Source: a virus
Virus record (IMG/VR): IMGVR_UViG_3300017760_000001
Coordinates: 1 to 64,000 of that record
DNA length: 64,000 nucleotides
Direction: 5' to 3' (one strand)
Positions 18,392 to 27,557 of this stretch are shown here, one piece after another (the stretch's first letter is position 1; every line of letters starts with the position of its first letter). The notes beneath the pieces are model-generated. The model was not told the origin of the DNA, searched no databases, and saw nothing but the letters and a program-made list of their open reading frames with translations. A program made the position numbers and the translations under genes.

Positions 18392-18420
18392 CTCTCTCTT
18401 TTCTCATTCTCAATACAAGT

Positions 18421-18449
18421 ATTATAGAACATTGGGCAACTATTGTCAA
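18421..18449 (-). promoter_or_regulatory. sigma70-type early promoter
   Basis: AAAACGC-TTGACA-17-TATAAT. Confidence 0.85.
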
Positions 18450-18470
18450 GCGTTTTTATAAAAAAAGATG

Positions 18471-18497
18471 AAAAAAAAGGGGGACTCCTGTCCCCCC
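18471..18497 (-). terminator. Rho-independent terminator
   Basis: GGGGGAC-AGGA-GTCCCCC followed by a T8 run on the minus strand. Confidence 0.85.
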
Positions 18498-18502
18498 AAA
18501 GG

Positions 18503-19471
18503 TTAGGCAGCAGTCGCAAATTCCACTGCCTTGTCAACCGCCTTGATCTTACGGTTTTGGTTTGCACCGTACCATGCAGATGTCATACGTGAATCCGCTT
18601 CACGACCCATCACATGATCGGTTAGGTAGGTTACACTGTTCAGTGCCTGCCACCAAGTACCACGTCCAAACTCTGCTCCTGGCTGAGTCTCTAACAACTC
18701 AAATGCCTTTTGACCGTTGGTGGTCAGATCAGAAACATCTTTCACTACAGGTGGGTTCTTACCCTCGTAGGTACGTGGGAATACTTCGTTGTAGTATTGG
18801 ATTAGGTTATCCATAGAGAACTGACGTGAAGACAAGAACTGAGACATCTCTTTGAACTGATCGAACTTCTCGTGTGCCAGACCCATAGTAGTCTTTACAT
18901 GTTCCGCATCGAATACACGGCGGTGGTTCATCTTAACACCATTGACCGCACGACCTTTCAGTGCCATTGTCAAAGTGTTCATACATGATACACGGATTGG
19001 AGTGAATCGAATGTCCACTGACTTACCGTACTCGTGTGGGTTAGAGAACAACAGGTAAGAATCAACCTGATCGCCTTTCAGTACATCGAAAGAGTCGTTG
19101 ATCTTAGCAAGCGCCCATACCATCTTACCACCCTTCAGTGATCCAGCAGTATGCATTTCCATACCACCTTCTAGACAGTACTCATTAAAGAACTCAAACG
19201 CAGTATCGTTTTGTACAGGTTCCCACTTCCCACCGACTTGGGTGAGTACTTTACTATCCGAAGAACGAACGAGTGCTTCCATTCCAGTAGGAACTCTTTC
19301 TCCCTTATAGTCAGCATAGGTCGGAACTTTATCGACAGACCAGTTTAGACCAGCCTTGTCCATCATTTGTTGTGGTGATAGGTCATTGGAAACCTGTGTC
19401 CCGATTTCCCCCCAAGGAGAACGTCCAGCGTATGCCATCGTCTCGATTTGTAACACGTCATTTAAACTCAT
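18503..19471 (-). CDS. DUF932 family (phage/plasmid TIGR03299-like) protein
   Basis: MAYAG..PW, AGLNWSV, PVQN, TAGSLKGG, RVSCMNTL, GTWWQALNSVT. Confidence 0.8.
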   Translation of the reverse strand: MSLNDVLQIETMAYAGRSPWGEIGTQVSNDLSPQQMMDKAGLNWSVDKVPTYADYKGERVPTGMEALVRSSDSKVLTQVGGKWEPVQNDTAFEFFNEYCLEGGMEMHTAGSLKGGKMVWALAKINDSFDVLKGDQVDSYLLFSNPHEYGKSVDIRFTPIRVSCMNTLTMALKGRAVNGVKMNHRRVFDAEHVKTTMGLAHEKFDQFKEMSQFLSSRQFSMDNLIQYYNEVFPRTYEGKNPPVVKDVSDLTTNGQKAFELLETQPGAEFGRGTWWQALNSVTYLTDHVMGREADSRMTSAWYGANQNRKIKAVDKAVEFATAA

Positions 19472-19501
19472 TTCATATTCCTCTCATTAATTTACAGAGT
19501 A

Positions 19502-19531
19502 ATTATAACATATTCAAAACAAGTTTGTCAA
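19502..19531 (-). promoter_or_regulatory. sigma70-type early promoter
   Basis: AAAACGC-TTGACA-18-TATAAT. Confidence 0.8.
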
Positions 19532-19545
19532 GCGTTTTCTTAAAA

Positions 19546-21366
19546 TTATTTCAAGAAAGTGTAGATCTCAATGAGTTCTTCTTTACCTTTGACTTTGATG
19601 TCACCGATCTTCTTAGATTCGATGTCGGTAAGTTGTTCCATTGTAAAACCAGAGTAGATGGTTTTGTATTCCTTATAATCTCCTCTTGCGGCAGTTGCTT
19701 CGAGTCTAGCGGCAAGGTTTACAGCATCGCCGATAACAGAATAATCGAACCTTGATTCGCTTCCCATATTACCCACAATGCAATCACCTGTATTGATGCC
19801 AGTGCCGATGTTAATATCGGGCAATCCTCTTTCTTTATATACTTCTTTAAGTTCATTTGTTTTAGCCTCTATTTCTCTTGCTGATTTAACTGCCATGTCG
19901 GCATGATTAGGACAATCCAATGGTGCATTCCAAAACGCCATCACACAATCTCCCATGTACTTGTCGATCGTGCCACCGTTGTTTAGAATAATCTTGGTCA
20001 TGGCATCTAGGAACTCGTTGATCAACTCAACCAGTCCCTCTGGATCATCGTTGTTTTTATAGTGTTCTGAGATCGGAGTGAAACCACAGATATCCATAAA
20101 TAGAAACGTCATTTCCTTGCGCTCACCACCGAGTTTCAGAAGTGATGGATCTTTCTGTAACATGTACACCATGTCGGGAGATAAATAAGTACCGAACTGC
20201 TTTTTAACTTGCTCTTTCAACTTGTATGTGGTATAATACTGGTTAAAAGACGATTGCCCAAATACAAGGAACCCTGCAATTGAAACCCAGACGATATCGA
20301 AAACAAAGTAATAACTACTCCAAACGTACCACGAAATTGTCGGGACGATTGAAAGAAAGAAAAGCGAACTTATCACCCCAAGAACTGTGGGAAACCTATA
20401 GACCGATACAAGGATTCCTAGACACACTACCAGAATCGAAAGCACTTCAACTATTAGACTCCAGTCGGGTCTCTGTATTTGAACACCTGAAAGGACGGTC
20501 TGAATTTGATGACCTTGAACTTCGTGGGGATACACTGCACCCATTGGGGTTGGTACTGGATTAGCAACTCCCTCAGCTGTCACACCAAGAATCGCTATCT
20601 TACCTTCGGGTATAGGGTCTAGTATACTTTGAGATTTAAAGTCGTGCCAGAACGCAACAGGCAACTCTGACGAGGGTTCTGTGACCAATGGATCCTGTTT
20701 ACCCAGTCTTATCCACTCTACACCAAGAGAATTGTATTTAACGGTGTAAGAAGGTTCGCCTATCCACACCCTAACGGCGTCTAACCCAAGAGAGGGATAA
20801 GGTTGTCCATTGATTCCTACCATCAGTGGCGTTCGTCTGAGAACACCTGTAGGTTGATCAACTTCTGCGGATACCGCACCCACCCCCATTGACATCCTTG
20901 CCAATTCGGGAATGGGTGTGAGTAGTCCTGTGTAATCTATTAATGAGTCAACTGGTTTACCAAACGTAGAAACGTTGGCATATATTCCTAAATCAACTGT
21001 AGTAGTTTGGCGTGTAGGGGCGCTTGACAGGATTACTGCTTTTTGTCCTATCGAGTTTGATAGTTCCTGATCCCCCACAAACCGATCTGGTTCCGACCAG
21101 ATCATTGTTGATACAAGTAGAGTATTGTTTGGTGCTTGGTTTATATAATTTGCGACTGTCTTTCTCGGCCAAGGGTATTGTCCCTCCTGTTCTATGGCAC
21201 GTTCATCAATGTTTACCAGTACAATGTCATCCACCGAGACCATCTCGTGACTTTGTTGTAACTGATCGTAGTATGCATATTGAAACGTCTTGACGATATC
21301 AATCTGCGATATTTTTAAAACTGTGAACAGAACGATCACAGGAATGACACTATACCACTTTGTCAT
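19546..21366 (-). CDS. CHASE2-domain class III adenylate cyclase
   Basis: N-terminal TM, IVLVNIDE..GQYPWPR (CHASE2), three TMs, FMDICGFT, DKYMGD, RFDYSVIGDAVNLAARLE. Confidence 0.92.
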   Translation of the reverse strand: MTKWYSVIPVIVLFTVLKISQIDIVKTFQYAYYDQLQQSHEMVSVDDIVLVNIDERAIEQEGQYPWPRKTVANYINQAPNNTLLVSTMIWSEPDRFVGDQELSNSIGQKAVILSSAPTRQTTTVDLGIYANVSTFGKPVDSLIDYTGLLTPIPELARMSMGVGAVSAEVDQPTGVLRRTPLMVGINGQPYPSLGLDAVRVWIGEPSYTVKYNSLGVEWIRLGKQDPLVTEPSSELPVAFWHDFKSQSILDPIPEGKIAILGVTAEGVANPVPTPMGAVYPHEVQGHQIQTVLSGVQIQRPDWSLIVEVLSILVVCLGILVSVYRFPTVLGVISSLFFLSIVPTISWYVWSSYYFVFDIVWVSIAGFLVFGQSSFNQYYTTYKLKEQVKKQFGTYLSPDMVYMLQKDPSLLKLGGERKEMTFLFMDICGFTPISEHYKNNDDPEGLVELINEFLDAMTKIILNNGGTIDKYMGDCVMAFWNAPLDCPNHADMAVKSAREIEAKTNELKEVYKERGLPDINIGTGINTGDCIVGNMGSESRFDYSVIGDAVNLAARLEATAARGDYKEYKTIYSGFTMEQLTDIESKKIGDIKVKGKEELIEIYTFLK

Positions 21367-22049
21367 TGTTGTGTTATTATAACAGAACACCCACCTACAG
21401 TCAAGCAGTTTTGCTGTAAAGTATAGGACGCTGTTGAATTAAATTGTTTAAGTGTCAAGTCAGTGCCATATGTGCCGTCAAGTTCTATGGTCGCTGTGTG
21501 GTTTGCCCCACTACCTTTCTGACGAATGAACACATCGTTCTCGTCATTGTAGATCGTAAGGTCTATGGACTTAGCACCATCGTGCTGTTGAATGGTCGTA
21601 ACTTCGTTATCGTCTCCAGTTAAATTTAGTTCGTAACTGTGACCGTTATTCCCTGCGTTTCCCTGATTAGTCTGTTGAGCAGAAATACCGTTTCTATTTC
21701 CAGTAACTGTTAGATCGATTGAGTGACCACCATATTCCCAGTTGTCATATGTGTAGTCGTGATTAGTATAACTTTCTGGATAATCAAAGGCGCACCCTTG
21801 ACATAGTTTGATACCATTGTCATCGCCTGTAGTATTGACTGTCACAGTATTATCTACCGAACTGTCATTATACTGGAGAATGAGTAGTTGTTGGTTCGTT
21901 CCATCAGCGTTGACTGTTGCGCTATTGTTAGCACCTATTTGATCAGTACCAATCGCAAAGTTGTTACCTGACTGATCGATAAAGATTTCGTTGTCTGCAT
22001 ATGATAGGGAACATATGAAACAAATTACAAATAATAGTTTCTTCATCAT
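21363..22049 (-). CDS. secreted curlin-like repeat protein (CsgA/B-like)
   Basis: Signal peptide; repeated Q-x-G-x-x-N / TG-x-x-N units; N/Q/G/T-rich. Confidence 0.65.
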   Translation of the reverse strand: MMKKLLFVICFICSLSYADNEIFIDQSGNNFAIGTDQIGANNSATVNADGTNQQLLILQYNDSSVDNTVTVNTTGDDNGIKLCQGCAFDYPESYTNHDYTYDNWEYGGHSIDLTVTGNRNGISAQQTNQGNAGNNGHSYELNLTGDDNEVTTIQQHDGAKSIDLTIYNDENDVFIRQKGSGANHTATIELDGTYGTDLTLKQFNSTASYTLQQNCLTVGGCSVIITQQ

Positions 22050-23191
22050 TCTCTCTGTTTTATCGATACTATCTTATCTTCTCCACCGTCTGCTGTGATG
22101 GTTCCTCGATAACCTTCTACTTCAGTATCTAGTCTTATACTACCGCCGTCTACGAACTTTAGTTCGATTACTCCCTCGACATTTCTGTAGAAGACAATTC
22201 CATCATCTTCCTCAAATATTCTGTATTGACTGTCCTCGTTGATTCCCCAGACAGCCCCAGTCAGTCTTACCTGACCTTTCTGACCTTCTTCCTGTACATC
22301 CTCCAGTTTCTCCATAGTTCGGATCAACTCTTCGACTACGTCTTGTAAGTCCGTAAGAAACTCACCACTCAACGCATCATAGTCTAGTCTGGTGTATTGA
22401 TCTCCACCAGCGTAGTCGTCAAAACTCTTTTCTAGTTCGTCAAACTCTAGAAAGTCTTTGTCCAATGCACCCATGTCAATATTCTGATCATCTTGCATTT
22501 GTTCTTCTATTGCCATCTTCACCTCTTTAGGTGGATTGACAATAAACATATTATCGATTACGGATGGTGTAATGTTATCTATTATAACTTTAACTGTCGG
22601 GGGTGTCGATACACTTGATACCATTGTGGCAGAATATGCCTCTGCGAGTGTTATCGATCCCGCCTCATTTGATACAACAATCTCTCCTGACGGATCACCA
22701 TTCTCGTCTGGTAACAGAATAACTAATGTTCTACCTAGTTCGTCAATGGTCGTTGTGAAGTCCGTACCACGCACGGCAATCTGTGCGGTCGGAGTCGATA
22801 TATCAATGTTCTTCTTATCAACCATACCAAGTCTACCAGAAGCAAACCGAGCAGTTCCAAGTGCCATCTTCATGACCATCTTGGACTTGCTTGGATTCGG
22901 ATCGTAGTATACCTTATCGATATAGACTTTGGTATGTTCTATCAAGGATAGTTCTGCATCATCAAGGAACTTGATTAACATTCTACCCTTGGCAGTCTGA
23001 GCAGTATCGTTGAGTTGAATGACCTCACCGACATCTGCCTTTACGACATCCCTTGTCTCTCTTAGCAATGAACCGACTCCTGTCGATTCAACCACCCCAC
23101 CGATAGATTCTGCGTTAACCGAACCTATCGATAGAATAGTACTAACTATCGTTAGCAGTATCTTTCTGACTAATCTGAATTGTAGCATCAT
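22046..23191 (-). CDS. FecR-domain periplasmic protein
   Basis: Signal-like N-terminus, IKFLDDAELSL, ISTPTAQIAVRGTDF; exact start uncertain. Confidence 0.85.
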   Translation of the reverse strand: MMLQFRLVRKILLTIVSTILSIGSVNAESIGGVVESTGVGSLLRETRDVVKADVGEVIQLNDTAQTAKGRMLIKFLDDAELSLIEHTKVYIDKVYYDPNPSKSKMVMKMALGTARFASGRLGMVDKKNIDISTPTAQIAVRGTDFTTTIDELGRTLVILLPDENGDPSGEIVVSNEAGSITLAEAYSATMVSSVSTPPTVKVIIDNITPSVIDNMFIVNPPKEVKMAIEEQMQDDQNIDMGALDKDFLEFDELEKSFDDYAGGDQYTRLDYDALSGEFLTDLQDVVEELIRTMEKLEDVQEEGQKGQVRLTGAVWGINEDSQYRIFEEDDGIVFYRNVEGVIELKFVDGGSIRLDTEVEGYRGTITADGGEDKIVSIKQRE

Positions 23192-23867
23192 CAGATGTAA
23201 CGTCCAGTGTTATGATACCCTTACAGGACGAAACTCCCACTGGGCATGTACCACTAATCTGATTGATATCCACGTCTGCGTTATCACCAGTTAAGTCCAT
23301 AGTAAGCGTCTGATAGAAACCATCGTTCTGTAAAGTGTTGATATCGTTACCGTCACCTGTTACATCTACAGTGAAAGTTACGTCATCAGTCTCTACGTCT
23401 GCATCGAATACGTTGTTACTACCAATTACTGTTAGATCTAAGTCCAAACGTTCTGCACTAGAAACATAACCTTGATCGAAGTCCATTGTATTCGAATCAC
23501 CAGTAACACTCACGTCAAGAGTTGAACTGTCGGCAGAACCTACGTAACCGATATTCCAATCCCATGAGTTTGTGTCGCCAGTCCAAGACATGTTGTAAGT
23601 CGAACTATCTGATACAACTGTACCAAACAACAAGTTCGAGTTACCAACTTGGTCTATGTCGAAAGTCAACGATGAACCAGTAATGACACTTGCAGAAGAT
23701 GAAGTCGAGAAATCGTCTCCACCCACCTTGTTACCATAACCTATCTGGTCAATATGTAAACTGAAAGTATCACCAGATTGTTCAATGTTGATTTCGTTAT
23801 CGTCAGAAGCCGCACCATATACAAAACTAGAAAATAGTAACGCTAGTCCTAATAAGTACTTATTCAT
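23142..23867 (-). CDS. secreted curlin-like repeat protein (CsgA/B-like)
   Basis: Signal peptide; IDQIGYGN, IDQVGNSN, VTGDSN, VIGSNN, VTGDGN repeats. Confidence 0.7.
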   Translation of the reverse strand: MNKYLLGLALLFSSFVYGAASDDNEINIEQSGDTFSLHIDQIGYGNKVGGDDFSTSSSASVITGSSLTFDIDQVGNSNLLFGTVVSDSSTYNMSWTGDTNSWDWNIGYVGSADSSTLDVSVTGDSNTMDFDQGYVSSAERLDLDLTVIGSNNVFDADVETDDVTFTVDVTGDGNDINTLQNDGFYQTLTMDLTGDNADVDINQISGTCPVGVSSCKGIITLDVTSDDATIQISQKDTANDS

Positions 23868-24717
23868 TTTCTTCTTCTTCTCCTATGAGGTGACCATCGT
23901 TAGTCCCATCGCTTTGATGAGGGTGTCGATGTCCTTCCCCTACTTTCCAAAGTCCCCTGTCATGACCTTGGTATATTAGTTCAAGCACTCCCGCCTCAAT
24001 TGACGTTCGTACTGCGTATGTCACTGACTCGTTGTTACCAACACCGTCTTCATACTCTACTAGTTGGGTTCCTTGTTCGGTAAATCTAAACACGTCACCC
24101 CCTGTTCCGTAACTAAGAATTGTCTTCTTAGCTTGGACGTTCAACAGTATCTCTCCTGACAAAACTGAAACTGCCCTGATAGAAACTGTCACAACATCTT
24201 TACGGTATTTCCGAGAAAATCCTATTCCCAGTGTTCTCGCACCCTGACCTCCTGTCTCTATATTGGTATCATAACCAATTATACCACCTTCGATAATCAT
24301 CCCAGCAAATAATAACGGGCCTACTCCCTGAGATTCTTCGTCAGCGTATTCTTTTCGGGTACTGCGAATAATCTGTCTTTCTCTGACTAGATGTTCGATA
24401 CCCTGTCTCTCAACCACACGGAACCATGTTCCTCCGCCTGCGGTCTTGAGTGCATCTATTAACATTTCAGTACTACCTTGCGTTACCGCCGTACTGAAGT
24501 CTGCAATACCATCACGTGCCTTACGTTGTCCAGTCAGATCCTTGAATCCATAAACTGCGACAACAGGCATCTGGGTTGCGGGCGGTACATTCAACAACTC
24601 TTGATATGCCGGCAACCTTACCACTTCTGGTTCTGTTATATCGGTTGACCACTCTGGATGAGTCGCACAACCACCAAGAAACAGAATCGGTAGTATCTTA
24701 AATAGGAGGCGCATCAT
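23860..24717 (-). CDS. csgG: curli secretion channel lipoprotein
   Basis: Lipobox LGGC; VAVYGFKDLTGQRK, FSTAVTQG, WFRVVER, ERQIIRS, EGGIIGYD. Confidence 0.93.
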   Translation of the reverse strand: MMRLLFKILPILFLGGCATHPEWSTDITEPEVVRLPAYQELLNVPPATQMPVVAVYGFKDLTGQRKARDGIADFSTAVTQGSTEMLIDALKTAGGGTWFRVVERQGIEHLVRERQIIRSTRKEYADEESQGVGPLLFAGMIIEGGIIGYDTNIETGGQGARTLGIGFSRKYRKDVVTVSIRAVSVLSGEILLNVQAKKTILSYGTGGDVFRFTEQGTQLVEYEDGVGNNESVTYAVRTSIEAGVLELIYQGHDRGLWKVGEGHRHPHQSDGTNDGHLIGEEEENE

Positions 24718-25195
24718 CGTCCCCACTGTCTATTGAACCAAAGTTACCTGTACCAATCGGTATCTCAATGATAGTTTCTGTGCCTTCGGTATCCGTGATT
24801 CGCATCTGAATATATTCTTCGTTGTTATCGTTCGTCATTACCTGATACGATACGACCGAACCTTCGAGTGTAAATGACCCGAATGTTACTGCATCTTCGT
24901 TACTAAACATATTGTCAACCAACTGTTTAGATAACTGGGCATATATTCTACTCTCTAGGTTTCTAATAAACTTAGCGAGTGTAGTGTTCTCCGCTTCTCG
25001 TTCTGCGGCCTTCTGTGCCGCCTCTAACGCATCTTCGATCGCTTTCTTTCTACTTGATTCTTGGTTTTCGATCGTTAGGTAATGTGACCCAGTACCCACT
25101 CCACTAAAGGATGGGTTCTTAAAACCGAAAGTTATTTCACTACTCAGACTCGTTAGCGGTGCTACCATCAGTAGCATCATTATTGTCTTTCTCAT
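24698..25195 (-). CDS. csgF: curli assembly protein
   Basis: Signal peptide then FKNPSFSG; LESRIYAQLS; directly upstream of csgG. Confidence 0.8.
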   Translation of the reverse strand: MRKTIMMLLMVAPLTSLSSEITFGFKNPSFSGVGTGSHYLTIENQESSRKKAIEDALEAAQKAAEREAENTTLAKFIRNLESRIYAQLSKQLVDNMFSNEDAVTFGSFTLEGSVVSYQVMTNDNNEEYIQMRITDTEGTETIIEIPIGTGNFGSIDSGDDDAPPI

Positions 25196-25436
25196 TCATC
25201 ATTTCCTGTTGTTGTAGTATCATATCTAATTTAGTTTTCAAACGAATCAGATCGTTGTCTAACATTCTCACTCTATCAATGAGTGCGATAAGAGTCATAT
25301 GAGACTCTTCGATTACAGGATCTACTTCTTCTGTAACCCACTTCCAAACGTAGTAGATAAAGTAACCCAACCCCATACTTGCAACAATGGGGAAACCGTA
25401 GGTGTTAATTAAGTCTACTACACTCAATTCTTCCAT
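25140..25436 (-). CDS. small single-TM coiled-coil membrane protein
   Basis: YGFPIVASMGLGYFIYYVW; RVRMLDNDLIRL. Confidence 0.7.
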   Translation of the reverse strand: MEELSVVDLINTYGFPIVASMGLGYFIYYVWKWVTEEVDPVIEESHMTLIALIDRVRMLDNDLIRLKTKLDMILQQQEMMNEKDNNDATDGSTANESE

Positions 25437-25714
25437 TAGTCTTTACGTGAATCCTTCTGACCATCTGATCTAGCAATTCTATCCAGATCTGGTTTTATGT
25501 TGAAGGCGTGAGAGACCAATAGATCAATTCTAACCAATTCGTTGTTCATCGTCTTGACACGATTGTCAAGTGCTTTGACGAAACCACGTTGTGTCTTGAT
25601 GTTACTCAAAACGCCATCTAGTATGAATCGAAGTGTAAGGAATACGAAGAATCCCCCAGCGAGTGCCGAGGCGATGGGAAAACCCACATCCATGATACCT
25701 AAAAATGCGTCCAT
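25436..25714 (-). CDS. small single-TM coiled-coil membrane protein (paralog of neighbour)
   Basis: VGFPIASALAGGFFVFL; RVKTMNNELVRI. Confidence 0.7.
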   Translation of the reverse strand: MDAFLGIMDVGFPIASALAGGFFVFLTLRFILDGVLSNIKTQRGFVKALDNRVKTMNNELVRIDLLVSHAFNIKPDLDRIARSDGQKDSRKD

Positions 25715-25746
25715 ATTAAAACCTTCAAATCAATTCGTTATGAAGG

Positions 25747-25754
25747 TATTTATA
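25747..25754 (-). promoter_or_regulatory. T4 late promoter heading the curli/cyclase operon
   Basis: TATAAATA about 32 nt upstream of ATG 25714. Confidence 0.75.
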
Positions 25755-25761
25755 TGTTTTC

Positions 25762-25998
25762 TTATTTGTAATGCGGGCCTTTTTGAATTAATTCCCAACT
25801 TTTTATGGTTGTGGTATCGATAGATTGCCATCTTTTATCCACAACATCGAAGAATGCGAGAACCGCACTTTCAGATCTTTGTTGTACTGACCAGTCCATT
25901 AATAGAGTAAAGTCGTTGGTCAACTCTTCTCCTGTTCTGTAGTGATCATAAGTGATACGTACTACACCTTGGTACGCAGCGGTCAACAAATCTTGCAT
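25762..25998 (-). CDS. small SH3/WYL-like beta-barrel protein
   Basis: VVRITY...FFDVVDKRWQSI. Confidence 0.45.
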   Translation of the reverse strand: MQDLLTAAYQGVVRITYDHYRTGEELTNDFTLLMDWSVQQRSESAVLAFFDVVDKRWQSIDTTTIKSWELIQKGPHYK

Positions 25999-26775
25999 TT
26001 ACTTATTTTCTCCCTCTGGAAAATGTTCTTGGAATATATTATATAGGTATTCTGCATATTCTGTGTGGACTTCTTTTTCGGGATGACCACACGTTAACAC
26101 TCTATCCTTACTGAAAGACATTATAGGTTCAATCTTTGATTCGTTGTCCAATGTCGCCATCATTTGTCGCAGTGATTCATTGTACAAGTTACCTATCTTA
26201 CTGGATCTTTCGGACATAAACTTACATATTGATCGGCGAAAACCATCTGACATATTACCTTGTAACAACTTTATATTGTTGGATTTACACAACAGTTCTA
26301 TAGTTTGCATGTATGTCAGTAGATCGACAATATGTTTATGTTCATCAACAACGACCTTTTGATCATCATGAATAAATTCGTTTATATTTGAACAGTCGCT
26401 ATTGCTCTGTATAAGTCCCAAATGTAGATCATCATAATCATTCCAACCATCCCACGAGGGAGGAAGTTGATCAGATTTATTGGAAAAAATTTCACACCGA
26501 GAATGTTGAGACCAGACAACCACCATATGAGTGCAGTTATCTGGTCTGGCGCCTTCATCATAAACAGATGACGACAATCTTCCGCTAAACCATTGAATCA
26601 GATCTCGAAAGATTTTATAATTACTATTACCACATTTAGCAAGACAGGTGTAACCAATATCTAACTTTTCTGCCAACTTATGACTAAACGTTTTTTCCCA
26701 ATGTTCATCTGACCACCAATTATCTTCGTCTAACTCAGCGCCATAGGTAACACTGCATCCAGTGGTCAGTAACAT
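25999..26775 (-). CDS. SGNH-hydrolase-like protein
   Basis: GCSVTYG, GNSN, WSQHSR, GHP...H. Confidence 0.55.
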   Translation of the reverse strand: MLLTTGCSVTYGAELDEDNWWSDEHWEKTFSHKLAEKLDIGYTCLAKCGNSNYKIFRDLIQWFSGRLSSSVYDEGARPDNCTHMVVVWSQHSRCEIFSNKSDQLPPSWDGWNDYDDLHLGLIQSNSDCSNINEFIHDDQKVVVDEHKHIVDLLTYMQTIELLCKSNNIKLLQGNMSDGFRRSICKFMSERSSKIGNLYNESLRQMMATLDNESKIEPIMSFSKDRVLTCGHPEKEVHTEYAEYLYNIFQEHFPEGENK

Positions 26776-26867
26776 TAGACTAACTTTTCAAGATAGACAA
26801 CGATTGTCGTACCTATACAAAATCCTACAAATACGTTCCAAACGATTTCACTAAAACTTAATCTCAT
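26775..26867 (-). CDS. 30 aa membrane peptide
   Basis: Not in ORF track. GAGG RBS, MRLSFSEIVWNVFVGFCIGTTIVVYLEKLV*, TAATG overlap with the next gene. Confidence 0.55.
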   Translation of the reverse strand: MRLSFSEIVWNVFVGFCIGTTIVVYLEKLV

Positions 26868-26876
26868 TATAACCTC

Positions 26877-27557
26877 TCAAATTTTTCTTGACAATTGAAT
26901 TCCGCCATGGTAATTTTCATACCCTGACTGACCTAATACTTGCAACCAACCAGCATTAGTCGGCCACATTTCTTCACGATCAACTAGATCTTGAACATTT
27001 TTAAAATTTGTAAATTTGTGTATATTCATAAAATCCAGAATTTTCTCTTTGTTCGGGTTTTCGGGAAACCAACGTTCTGGTTTTTCACGATGTTTATTTT
27101 TGTTGTTGTCGCAAGCACCAGAGAAATTCCCAACACCTATAGAAACCCCATATTTTTCAACTCTCTTACATAATTCCAAATATTCTGATTTATCACATCC
27201 AAGAATCGTGTCATATCTCATACGTATGACAATATCGTATCCTTCTTTTAAATCTTTAACAATGTTCCAATGAGCTAGATGTTGGAAGTATGCTGTGTAT
27301 TTTCTCTTAGCTTCGGACGTGTACCTTACGTCCAAGTCTCGACCATGTATCTTTTGAAAACTTTCGACCTGATAACAATTATAAGTCTCTGGTGGATTGG
27401 GATAGTATTTCATACTATTCTTTAATTCGTCTGGTACTAATTCACGTTGATCTTCCCAAGTAGAATAGTAGTAGTCCGCATCAGGAAGATATTCCTTATG
27501 GGTTTTCCAATGATCAAACTCTCTTATCTGACCTGAATAACAGACAGCGATTTTCAT
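26877..27557 (-). CDS. hypothetical glycosyltransferase-like protein
   Basis: MKIAVCYSGQIR, YYSTW, YDIVIRMRYD. Confidence 0.5.
   Translation of the reverse strand: MKIAVCYSGQIREFDHWKTHKEYLPDADYYYSTWEDQRELVPDELKNSMKYYPNPPETYNCYQVESFQKIHGRDLDVRYTSEAKRKYTAYFQHLAHWNIVKDLKEGYDIVIRMRYDTILGCDKSEYLELCKRVEKYGVSIGVGNFSGACDNNKNKHREKPERWFPENPNKEKILDFMNIHKFTNFKNVQDLVDREEMWPTNAGWLQVLGQSGYENYHGGIQLSRKI

Noticed and set aside
19546-25714. Curli locus as bacterial contamination or chimeric assembly
   Set aside because: It sits on the phage coding strand behind a T4 late promoter, abuts phage genes, and follows the same Gly-Pro codon pattern (GGC-CCG in csgG); read-level confirmation is still advisable
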